From Piromyces finnis finn (taxonomy: Eukaryota > Fungi > Neocallimastigomycota), in NCBI GenBank assembly GCA_002104945.1, contig MCFH01000198.1:1-18084 (forward strand): a DNA stretch of 18,084 nucleotides, in the 5' to 3' direction. The position numbers were made by a program, and so were the translations under genes. Numbering within the stretch: position 1 is the first letter of the stretch; each line of letters begins with the position of its first letter. Of the stretch, positions 1 through 11,793 are shown one piece after another. The notes under the pieces were generated by a model. That model was not told the DNA's origin. It was given only the letters and a program-made list of their open reading frames with translations, and made no database searches.

Positions 1-34
<34 letters not shown>
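1..34 (-). repeat. Poly(A) tail / T34 homopolymer, truncated by the window edge
   Basis: 34 consecutive T on the + strand, abutting the GC-richer segment. Confidence 0.9.
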
Positions 35-37
<3 letters not shown>

Positions 38-540
38 TTCCGAGTGCATTTCTCCCATCGATCAGAGTTAGTCCAATGGTGGTTCTTAGAGAAACGTTGG
101 CTCATTCCTATTGCTAGGTGTTGTGACCCTCCTGGTCTGTCATACTGTTTCTTCAGCTTCGACGCTCACTTAATCCATGTACATTAGATGCATGTCGTTG
201 TACGATATTTCCAACTACAATGCTAAGCCTCTTATAGTCAATTTGATCACGTGTCAACCGCCCCCTAATGTTTACACTTAAATTGATTAAGGAATATTAT
301 GTGTTTTTGGCATAGCCTAAGTCACCACTTATTAAGTTCTAATTTGGAATGTACCATGTACACTAGACCCTCTCAGGCCGGCTAGACGAGTGTTATTATC
401 ATAGTAGTAAATTAGAAAGTTCATTTATACTTACCTGAATATCATAACCCAACCATGGCAAACCCAGTGGGAAAATCCACAGGCACTGACATCTGCGGGT
501 CGAACCAGAACCTTATGTATGCTAAGGAAACGCTTAACAA
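1..540 (-). mobile_element. 5'-truncated, poly(A)-tailed non-LTR retrotransposon fragment with a degraded restriction-like endonuclease (RLE) C-terminus (CRE/R2-superfamily-like)
   Basis: T34 at 1-34 is a poly(A) tail on the minus strand. GC is markedly higher than the flanks (hand-counted 60-nt lines gave 33-47%). Minus-strand translation across frame changes gives RPADV (502-488), VPVDFPTGFAMVG, YDIQVS (446-429), ISGDLGY (332-312), then a 47-codon terminal stretch YSLINLSVNIRGRLTRDQIDYKRLSIVVGNIVQRHASNVHGLSERRS* (296-153). This order resembles the RLE domain (RPAD..D.V...G..G...RLS....QR). A ~120-nt 3' UTR precedes the tail. The left junction at ~540 is approximate (+/-15 nt). Confidence 0.6.
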
Positions 541-1165
541 CCAGGATAAAAACTGGAACGACTAAATGGATCAAGACTTTGGAAAGATTGTTGATAAGTT
601 GATTGTTGCCAGCTTTCAAATTTATAAATTAATTTTTTATAAATTTATTTTATTTTTTTTAATATTATTTAATAATTACTTAGCATTAACATTATTTTAT
701 AGAATAAATTTATTGTTGTTTAGTTGCGACTTACATCCATAATTATAATCATCAACCAAAATATCAGTTGTTGCTGCAATAGGTGCTCTAACATCATCAA
801 TAATTGGTGGGGCTGGTTGATGATGTATATTAGATGATGTTCCTTCTTCAAAAATTATTATCAGTTGGGATTACTTCTACACTCTTTTTTGGTATTTCAA
901 AACCACTAAATAAAGTTGTAATGCATTTTTAAAATACCGCTGCAACCTTTATTTTTGTTAGAATTTAATATTATATATGTTTTTTTTTTTAAAAAAAAAT
1001 ATGTAAAATAAATATTATTTCCAATTTTTAAATAAAACTTTTATTTTTTTTTTTAGAAAGATAAATTATAATTACAGATAAATAATCTTTTGCAACATCT
1101 GGTGTTGTATCTGCGATATCACAAAATTGTGTAATAACATTATCATCAAATTCTTGAACATCCAT
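541..1165 (-). CDS. 5' portion of a UBA-like + UBX-domain Cdc48/p97 adaptor (UBXN7/Ubx5-like); reading is interrupted at ~540 by the retroelement-like segment
   Basis: Exons ~1165-1076, 946-735 and 612-~541 with GT-AG introns. Translation MDVQEFDDNVITQFCDIADTTPDVAK(DYLS)|VA..(L)..AITTLFSG resembles an N-terminal UBA-like domain (QF..I....P.VA..YL). It is followed by EEGTSSNIHHQPAPPIIDDVRAPIAATTDILVDDYNYG; the DVRAPI..T..L motif is typical of UBXN7/Ubx5-family proteins. Several 1-bp frameshifts are present. The UAS and UBX domains are not in the window. Confidence 0.65.
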
Positions 1166-1190
1166 TTTTCTTTTTTTCTTTTTCTCTTCT

Positions 1191-1234
<44 letters not shown>

Positions 1235-2459
1235 TATTTAATGATACTTTTATATTATTGCATATATATATATTATATGATTTCTAAAATCGAATTATTA
1301 AAATTAATATAATATTTGAAAAAAAAAAAATATATTATGTTAAGATAGTTTCATTTATCATAAAGTTTTTTTTTTTTTTTTTTTTATTTTATTTTAATAT
1401 GTAACGATATATAATAATAATGATAATATATAGTAAAAAAAATAAATTTCATTAGTTTTTGAAAATGAAAATGTATTGACAATTTTTATATTATAAAAAA
1501 AAAACTTTACATCAGCTATATTTAGAATCTTATATTAATATTTAATAAATTATTATGGTATATTTTGAATATAAATGATATATTATTCCTTTAGATGTTA
1601 ATTTTTAAGGATATTTTCTAAATTAGATATTTACTTGTATTATTTTAATTATATTACAAGTATTTTATAAAAATTAATTATGGAGAAATATTAAATTATT
1701 TTTAAAGTAATATGTATTACAAATTACACTTTCATAATATAAAAAAATGAATTGAATTGTAAATTAAAATTTATTTCTTTTTATGTATTATTAAACAAAT
1801 TAATTATTAATTAGAAATTTTAAAATTACAAATATCACATTATGTGGATATGTGTTAAATATTTTTCTTTTTTTTATTAAAATCATTGAAGTATATTAAT
1901 ATAAAAATAGAATAATGAATAACTGTTCTACATTTATAAATGTATTTATTATGAAATATTTGTATATATGGATATGGATATATTATATTTAATTATATTT
2001 TAAAGCTTGTTTTAATTTTATTTAGTATATTATATTTTCTCATAAAATGTTTATATTCAATCAAAGATATAAAAGCGTTACACATTTTATTAATAAAAAC
2101 GCTGGCATTTTAATATAATAAGAAATGGTTTTCTATTCTTTACATTGTATATATATACATGATTATTTTTTTTACTTAATAGATTGAATTATGATTTTAA
2201 TAAATAATTCATTAATTAAAAATATTTGATTGGCTTATCAATATATAAACTTTTTATATTTTAGAAGAATGAAATATAAAGAAATAAAAATTAAGAGAAA
2301 TAGAAATATTTTAAAACAAGTAGTTATTAATAAAAGATTATTATCATCTTTTAATATTATTTTTGAAATAATTTGTTATTTACTACTTTATAATTTTTAA
2401 ATTATTAAATATTAAAAATAATAGATAAACAAGGTGTCTATATATTAAAATAATAAAAC
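1166..2459. promoter_or_regulatory. Divergent intergenic region between the UBX-like gene (-) and MDM20 (+); putative bidirectional promoter
   Basis: Lies between two oppositely oriented ATGs; very AT-rich with long poly(T) tracts. No specific motif identified. Confidence 0.4.
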
Positions 2460-5400
2460 ATGAGTGACAGAGCAGTTAATAATATATATGGTAACTAAAA
2501 CGACCATTAACTCATTTCTTTTATATATTTTATTAATTATTAAATATTTATAATTATAGAATATTTTTATATAACTAAACTTTACTTTGTTTAAAATTTA
2601 TAATATTATTAATATTATCGTAAAAAGATGCTATCTACAACGAAATTATAGATTAGCTTTAACCTTAAGTAACAAAGCATTAAAAAATTCATAATGACCC
2701 TGCTATTAATGTAAATTCTGAAATTATTATAATATTTTTATTTTTTCAAAAAAAAAAAAAAAAAAAAAAGAAAAAAAGAAAGAAAGAAATACTTTAATTA
2801 AATGTTCATAGTTATTCTGTTTATCAACATTATTATTTATTTTGATATATATATTTTGCATTCTTATTAATAAGGCAATGAAATCATTAGCTTTAGTCAA
2901 GTTAGAAAAGTATGAGGAAGCAGAAGAAATTGCAAATTTGTTATGGAATCAAAACCAGTTGAAGAAACAATTTTACAAGCTTTGAATTTAACCTTAAAAG
3001 ATCTCCAAAAATGTATGATTTTTTAAAATAACTTTTATTTTTAAAAATATTATTGAAATCAACATTTCTTTCTTTTTTTTTTATCCTTTTCACTTTTAAC
3101 TATTTCAAAATAAAAACAAAATATTAAGTATTTTTTATTTAATAATTATAAAAATATTAATATTAATCTCATTAAATATTATGCTTTTAATAAGATGATG
3201 AAATTGTTGAATTATTCCAAAATGCATTTGAAGCAGATATCACAAATGAAGAATACGCAAATCAATATTTCATGGCAATTACAAGAATAAATAATTATGA
3301 TTTACAAAAACAAGTATGTACATATATAATTTCAATAAATAAATTAAAAAGAAATAATAATAATAATTAAATTATTAAATATTATTATTATTATTTCAAA
3401 AAGTTAGATATAAATATTTTTAATACATTTTATTATTTTTTATAATATTTTAAAGACTGCATTAAAACTTAATAAACTTTTTAGTAATAGTTCTTCTAAT
3501 AAAAAAGGAAAATATTTCTGTTGGGCTATCATGTCCTTAATTTTACAAGTAAGTAAATTAATTTAAGAGTTTTTTAAAATTCTTTTCGAAATAAATGTAA
3601 TAATCATTACAATAATAAAAATAATAAAAATTATTATAATAAGTCTCGCTACCAAAAAGATTGTCCAAAAGCCCTTATTACTAAATTAGCTGAGCAAATG
3701 ATTTTAAAGGCTATTGAAAAAGATTTTATTATTGACTATGAAGGTAAGTGATATTTTATATTAGTATCCAGTTGGAACATATATTAACTTATTACTTGTT
3801 AATTTAATATTAATAATAAATTATAATTAGGTTTATTCATGTACTTGACAATTCTTATTGATCAAGAAAGATACAAAGAAGCTTTAGATATATTAAATGG
3901 AGATTTGGGATCAAAATGTATTAAAATCGAAACAGAAAGAAATAGATTAAATATAGAATTAAATCGCAAAACTAAACAATGGGAACAGTTAATTAAAGTT
4001 TGTCAAGACATTATTGAAAATAACGAGTAATTATCAAAATAACTATAAGCTAACATAACATCAATTATAAAGTTATATATGAATTAATTATAAAATATTT
4101 AAAATTCATAATTTATTTTATATAATTAGCCACGATAACTTTACTTGTTTCTATAATATTATTGACGCATTATTCATATTAATAGAAGAAAATGTCTTAG
4201 CAATTGATTATTTGTAAGTATAATGAAAATTATTTAAATTATATATATAATTATATAATAAATAAAGTAAAGAGTTTTATTAAAATTATTATTAATTTTA
4301 CTATATTAAATTTATAATGTAATTTAAAATAAAGAAATAATGAAACATTTATTAATGTATACGATTGGATTAAAAAGATTCAAGAAGAAGAATTAAAGAA
4401 TGGAATTTCAAAAATTAAGCGTGCACCATTTATTGCTGAAATTGAACTTGAAAAGAAAATTATCAATATGACTGGTATATACTTTCAAATAATTCTATAT
4501 CAAATATAAAAGTTAATGTTTAATCAATTATAATAATTACTTTTTTCAATTATTTGTATTTCACATAAAAGGTTTTACTATGGACAAACACAAAATATAT
4601 TAATTGAATATGTAAAGAAATTTGGAGATAAATACTGTTGTTTTGAAGATTTATTACCATATCTCGAAATATTAGATTCTGATGAACTTATAAATGATTT
4701 CAAAGCTGAATTAAATAAACTTATTAAAAGTGTATGGAATGGATATATTACTTATTTATTTTTATATGATCAATTCAGTTTAACAAATATTAATATTAAT
4801 GAAAATGTTAATTGCATATTATAGACTGACATAAATGTTAATGATATTCAAAGAAATGTTAATATTGAAAAGATAAATTTCTATCTTGGATATAAAATCA
4901 ATAATGAAGAAGAAATGAAGCAATATGTTAAAAAATTAATTTCTTTATATGAAGAAACTCTTCCATTTGGTAAATATTAAAAATCTATAATAATTAATTA
5001 GGTAATATGATTTGATTTGTTATTAATAAATTGATATAATGGGGTAATTATTTTAAATAGGTACAAAATTAGAAGACACTGAAAGACAATTTGGTGATGA
5101 TTATTTAGTTATTGCTGCTTCACTCTTGATAGATTATTATAAATTAACTGATAAAACTTGTTATATTTATCAAGCAATTGCTATTTTAGAACATGGTCTT
5201 GAAAAAAGTAAATTTAATTTCCAATTTAAGATAATATTAATGAGACTTTATTCAATTTTAGGTGATGCATTCCGTACTACAGAATTAAGTAGATCATTAA
5301 ATCTTCGTTCTATTCAATTCGATACATTAAGTTTCTTATACACTGAAGGAATGGATTCATTAAATATCGTTCAAATTCCATTACATATTTACAATTTATG

Positions 5401-7026
5401 TTTATCTATCTATAAGTCAAATAATATCGAAGTTCCAGATGTTATTACTCAAGCCTACAAAAATGAAACTTATTCTAAAATTATTGAAATTTTAGACTTT
5501 TATAATAAATTAAATAATTCAATTCAACAAGTTTTATTCCATCAACAAATTATTCGTATCCAAACACTTCAAGCATTCAATACCGTTGATAAAGTTAATA
5601 GTTATTTATCTTCTGTTGATGATAAATATATTGATATTACAGAAGAATATTTAAGTAAGTGCACTGATAATAGAGATTATAAGGTATTTGCTCATTGGAA
5701 AAATGAAAAAACAACTTTAGAAGAAAAAATTAGATGCAGACCATTAAAGAATGTAAGAATCGCAAATATATTTTTGTACAATATTTAATCATATACTCAT
5801 ATTAATAATTTAAAATTGATTGTTGTTTATAATTTTTATCATGTCATGCCATTTTCTATAAATAGACTCTCTGGATTCAATTATTCGGTTTAATTCCAAA
5901 AATACTCAAAAATATAGCTTTAAAGAATATTGAAAAAATAAAAGCTGATAATGAAAAGTTAACTGCTTTATTAAGCAAGGATAATTTGATTTCTGAAGTA
6001 ATTATTTAATACTAAATATAATTATTTTTTATATATTCTTATATGTTCTAATATTAATAAATTTACAATAAAAAAATAAAATAATTTATGAAATTAGTTG
6101 TTACCAAGTGAAATTGCTAATGGTAAAATTGTTAATGAATTTGCAAAGTTCGTTATTGAAGCTGATCAATCAAAAGAAACTAAAGGTAATTAACCGTATA
6201 TATTATTCATTCTTAATTAGTAGCATATAATATTTATTGATTTATTAATGTTTAAAATACTTATTTTTATCTATATAACATCCTCATACAATAAAATTGT
6301 ATTATTATAACTAAATAATTATTAACACAGAATCTGGTTCTTGTGATGCTTTTAATAATATTTTTGAAATACTTAAAGAAAAGGTTGATTCTCTTACAAG
6401 TAATAACAAATTAACAAATGTCACATTTAATATTATTGAACAATGCACTACCATGATAGAAGTAAACATTTTAATTAAAAAACATAATGATAGTTATTAA
6501 TAAACTAATATTAATAAACACCCTTGCTTTTATATATATTGGTATATAATGGTACTATAATAGGCCATCAACTATATTGTTTTATTAGTCCACTATGCTT
6601 CTAATATTGCACCAAATAGAAAATCAAGGAATCTACCATGGGTTATCAATATTCAAGAAAAAAAGAGTCAATTTGTTAATGAAATTAAAAAACAAATTCA
6701 AATATTTTTACGATTATCTTAAAGAATTAAATACTCTTATAAATAGTAAGAAAAACACTGGTATTGAAAGTATAAAGGAAATATTTGGATCTGACGAAGC
6801 ATTAATTGATAATTTAATGGTAAATTTAATATTAATATAATATAATATTTTTAAACATATATATAATATAATATATATTCTAATTATATTTTAAATATAA
6901 TTATTACAATAACAGAGTAATAATAAGGAATTATTAATTAAAACTTTTGATCAATGGCAATCAAGTGTAAGTACTAGTCTTGAAAATACTTTAAAGGAAA
7001 CTGAAATCAAAATGAAGTTATTATAA
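2460..7026 (+). CDS. MDM20: NatB N-terminal acetyltransferase auxiliary subunit (MDM20/NAA25), 17 exons
   Basis: Exons ~2460-2490, 2628-2710, 2875-3012, 3195-3313, 3456-3548, 3644-3743, 3831-4026, 4130-4213, 4335-4474, 4572-4731, 4825-4969, 5061-5752, 5866-5997, 6098-6185, 6331-6461, 6564-6819, 6916-7026, all GT-AG. Recognisable NAA25 segments: KYFCWAIMSLILQ, KRAPFIAEIEL, YVKKFGDKYCCFEDLLPYL, GTKLEDTERQFGDDY, YQAIAILEHGLEKSKFNFQFKIILMRLYSILG, LNLRSIQFDTLS. A few 1-bp frameshifts occur (exons 2, 3, 10). Confidence 0.9.
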
Positions 7027-7087
7027 GTTTTATATGTTTTATGATTTTTTTTTTTTTTTTTTTTTTAGCAAGCCCGCAAAGTCATAA

Positions 7088-7124
<37 letters not shown>

Positions 7125-7671
7125 AAAAAAAAAGATAAAAAAGATAAAAAAAAAAAAAAGTATTTCTTTCATATACATATATTATTACAATAATAAATAT
7201 ATGTATATAATAATATTATATATTAATATAAAATAATTATAGAAATAACATCTAAAATTGATACTTTTTAATTAAATTGAAAATAAATTAAATAAATAAA
7301 AATTATCTTTTTTCTTTAAGTTTTTTATTTTTTCTTTTTGAAATAATAATAAAATATACATTTTATCATTGTATTTTATATTTAGTAATTTATAATAAAA
7401 AATAGTTATTAAAGTTCTAAAATTTAAAAAAGTTTTTTTTAACAATTAAAAAGAAATTCAAAAATTATACTCAAATTATTGAAAAAAGTTTATACTTAAA
7501 TTTCCATTTTTTAAATTTATGAAGTTTTTTACTATGAAATTTTTTTAGAATTTTTTTTTTTAATAGGATTTAAAATAAAAAGGAAATTATATTACTAAAA
7601 AAGTAATATATAAGAAGATTTTCATTTATTAAGATTTTTTAAATATTTATAACACTTCAAATCATTTAATA

Positions 7672-10650
7672 ATGGTAAAATATATATAATATATATCTCA
7701 TATAATAATTTTTATGTAATTATTAAATGCATATATTTATATTATTATTGTATTTATATTTTAATATTTAAATAAAGGACATTCAATCTAATCCGAAATG
7801 TCTATATGTTAAGCAATCAGTTATCGGTCAAGGTACCTAAGAAAAGGAAAAAATATATATATTTAAAAACTGTTAATAAATAATAAATATTTTATTTTTT
7901 TATTTATAAAAATTTTACAATAAGGTGCTTTTGGAAAAGTTTTTAAGGTGATAAGAAAAAAAATGATTTCTTCGATTTCTATATTATGCTAAATTATTTA
8001 AAATAATAGATAGAAAAGAAATTTAAATAAAATTTCATTTAAAACATTTTAATATGCCATTAATAATAACAGGGATATGAAAAGAAACTAAAAACCCAGT
8101 AGCAATAAAAATTATTGATCTGGAAAGCGCTGAAGATGATATTGAAGGTATATTAATTTATTAAATAGGTTCATTAAAAGTTATAAAAACTATATAATAA
8201 CTTTTAAAATATTTCTCTTATAACATATTATTATATAAAACCAATTTGGTTATTCAATAATAATAAAAGATATACAAAAAGAGATTACTATTTTATCTCA
8301 GTTGGATCATTCAGTAATTATTATATTTAATTGTTGAAATATTATTATATATACTTATTTTTTCGAATTATAATAAATATTATTATTATCAATGTCTAAA
8401 AATAGAACATCACCAAATACTTTGGTTCTTATGTAGAAAATAATTATTTATGGATTATTATTGAATTGTGTGATGGTGGTTCATGCCTCGATCTTGTATA
8501 TATTAGCATTATATTCTAATATAAATTTAAACCATCATATAAAATTGAATTAAGTAATTTTATTAAAATTTAAAAATAACATAGCTAAAACCTGGACCAT
8601 TTGAAGAAATATTTATTGCAATTATTTTAAGAGAAGTATTATATGGCTTAGATTATTTGCATGGAGAAGGAAAAATTCATAGAGATATTAAAGCAGCTAA
8701 TAGTAAATTATTAAATTAAATTTAAATACAAGTAATCCTTATTATCATTTAATCAGCAATTATTAATTCGATTTTACCATTTTATTAAAATTATATATGG
8801 AAAAAAAAACTATAATATAGTTTTATTAACTTCACTAGGAGAAGTAAAATTAGCGGATTTTGGTGTTTCAGCTCAGGTAAATGATAACTTTTCTAATTTT
8901 CATTATAATTCTTCACTTTTCAAATTGTACAATTTCCTAAAATAAAATATATTTTATTAGCTAACTGCAACAATGACAAAAAAGAATACATTTGTTGGTA
9001 ATAATACATAAAAATTTAAAGAGAATAAATGTTTAAAGAGAATAAAGATTGTATAAATAAATTTAAAAATTGAAAATAAAACAATATATATATGCATTTA
9101 TCTCATTTTAAAATCAAAATAGGAACACCATTTTGGATGGCACCAGAAGTTATTCAAGAATCAGGATATGATTCAAAAGCCGATATATGGAGTTTAGGTA
9201 TTACTGCTTTTGAATTAGCAAAAGGTGTACCACCATACTACAATATTCATCCTATGAAAGTATTGTTCTTAATTCCAGAAAAAGAACCACCTATTCTTGA
9301 AGGTAATTACTCTAAAACATTTAAAGAATTTGTATCATTATGCCTACAAAAAGATACTAGTAAGGTAAACATTTATAATGTTTAATAATACTTTAAATTA
9401 TGTATTTGTATGAATATAAGTAAAAATTTAAACAAGCGCTTTTATAAAATAATTATAAAATAGCGTTTAAGTGCAAAAGAACTATTATCTCATAAATTCA
9501 TAAAAAACGCTAAAAAAAACATCTTACTTAACAGAGTTGATTGAAAGAATGAATAGATGGCAATTAGAAGATGGTGAAAAGAACGGAAGTAGCGAGAGTA
9601 TTGATGAGTACGAATAAATTTCATATAAATCCTATTATAACTACTTTTATTAATATTAACAGCTATTAACAAATATTAAAATATTAAAAAAAAAAAAAAA
9701 AAGAGAAGAAACATTTACTGTTAAGTCAATAGCAAATAAAGCAGATACAACATATGGATGGTATTATGGAGATGATACAGTAAAGAAAACAGTACAAAAA
9801 ACTAGTAATAATGATTCTCCTAATAGTCAACAAAAAGATGAAGATAATTTCTTTAATACTATTAAAGCATCCACAAAAAACAATATAGAAGAATATAATA
9901 CATTTATTGAAAAGAATGAATCAGCAATACATAATAATATTGATAATCAATCACAACTAAATAGGGGTAATATATTTAATGATGATAATGATGATGATGA
10001 TGATGATATGAATTTTACATATAAAAAAAAAAACAGAAAAAAAAGATATTGATAAATTAGTAGAAAAATCAAAATTAATGAATATTTCTAATACTTATAA
10101 AAAAGTGGAATACAAGCTTTCAATATCGAAGACGCTGTTGAAATTGATGATGAAGATGATATATTCATCGGAGGAAATAAAATTTCACAAAAGTTAATGT
10201 ATGTTATAATAAACTCTATGATGCACCAGATGATGATGATTTCCCCACTATAAGAAAAAAATCAAATAATGTTCAACCAGATATAGAAATATTAAATAGT
10301 ATTGAAACTGTATATGAAATGGTAAAATGAAATAACAACAATTAAATAAAATAATAAATAATTATATAAACAATATATTAATATCTATATATATTTTTTC
10401 ATTTATTACTAATAGATGAAACAACAATATGGAAAGAATTATACTGAATATATTGACAAGGCTAAAAATTTATTTAGTGATATTGAAATGGTATTGTATT
10501 TTTAATAAATATATATATATATATATATTAAAAGGAAAAAATCATTGAACTGTATAAATGTAATAATAATATAAATAGAATCAGCCTGGTTTTCTTTCCA
10601 CAATAATTAAACCAATGCATAATATATTAGAAAAGAAGAAAGGAAGATAA
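7672..10650 (+). CDS. Ste20-family Ser/Thr kinase, GCK-III (MST3/STK24/STK25-like), 14 coding exons
   Basis: Exons ~7672-7674 (ATG only, tentative), 7778-7832, 7925-7947, 8073-8147, 8270-8313, 8406-8495, 8585-8702, 8821-8876, 8961-8997, 9123-9364, 9464-9607, 9704-10321, 10416-10490, 10579-10650. Motifs: [97 protein letters not shown](TSY)LTELIER (GCK-III signature). An acidic linker follows, then C-terminal ...[16 protein letters not shown] resembling the GCK-III/PDCD10-binding dimerisation region. Confidence 0.92.
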
Positions 10651-11066
10651 TTATATGTTTTTATCCAACTTTTTTTAATTCTAATTTTATATACTCTTCT
10701 TTTTTCAATAATATAGTTATAATCATTATACGCATGTTTCAATATAAAGCAAGTTATCGACCAACACACAAATAAAATAATAATTTTGTACAGTAATTAA
10801 TAGTTAAATGCACTATTAAAATACTATTTTATCTATCATTGTCTTTATTTTACTTTTTCATTTAAAACATCAAAAAAAATTTTAAATTAAAATATAAACA
10901 TCATTAATGTTAATGTGAACAAAGATATTAATTAATATTATATATATTATTGAAGAAATTTCTTTGCTACTGAAATAATAATAATATAACATATAAAAAT
11001 AAATTTTTTCATTCAAGAATAAAATTCAAATAAAAATAAAATGTTTTCAAAGTTCTTATATATAAA

Positions 11067-11210
<144 letters not shown>

Positions 11211-11793
11211 CTTTCAGGTATTAATTGATTTAGTGATTTAGTATTAATTAAAATAAAAATTTTATTGTTTTTTAAATATTATTAATTCATAATAAAAAGG
11301 GTTATAATTAATAACACTTAATTAAAATTTTAATTAATATAATTAATATTAAATATAAAAATGTAAAATAATTTAATTATTATTAATAATCAATATAATA
11401 ATATATAAAAATAACAATAAATAAATTTTAAAATATTTTTTTATAAAAATATAAAAAAGTAATATTAAATATATATAATTATAAAGTGATCTTTTATCCA
11501 TCATATCATTTTAAATAATTAATTATTATATCTCTATATCTATATTATAATTTATTATTTAATATAAAATAGGTCTTTTTTTTTTCTTTATATATATTAT
11601 CATGTAAGTATAGTAATAATTATTTCTAATCAATATTAATATATTCTTTATATAAATAATTAATTAAATTTATTAATTTATAACAATATTATAATCATTT
11701 TATTCTTATATTCTTGGATATAATCAAATATTTAAATATTATCAATATAATAAATAATTTGAAAAAAAAAAAAATAAATAATAATTTAGAACA

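Noticed and set aside
367-384. Bacterial 16S rRNA-like 18-mer TAGCCGGCCTGAGAGGGT on the minus strand
   Set aside because: The flanks do not continue as 16S (no GGCCACACTGG downstream); a short chance match.
140-392. Self-cleaving ribozyme (CTGAAGA hammerhead-like core near 156-150; GGCCGGC HDV-like start near 376-382)
   Set aside because: The required partner elements (GAAA with stems II/III, or the nested HDV pseudoknot) could not be found.
488-540. tRNA-derived SINE head: hairpin CCTTA-7nt-TAAGG (527-511) and B-box-like GGTTCGACCC on the minus strand
   Set aside because: There is no convincing A box, D arm or acceptor stem, and the same bases encode the RPADV motif. Kept only as a weaker alternative to the truncated-LINE reading.
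427-590. U1 snRNA gene, suggested by ATACTTACCTG at 427-437 on the + strand
   Set aside because: There is no U1-70K loop (GAUCACGAAG-like), U1A loop or Sm site downstream. The match is better explained as the reverse complement of a strong 5' splice site.
1127-1312. 61-aa ORF on the + strand
   Set aside because: A poly(T)-derived Phe run, antisense to the UBX start; spurious.
9490-10769. Minus-strand ORFs 9490-9672 and 10581-10769
   Set aside because: They are antisense shadows of kinase exons with no recognisable motifs.
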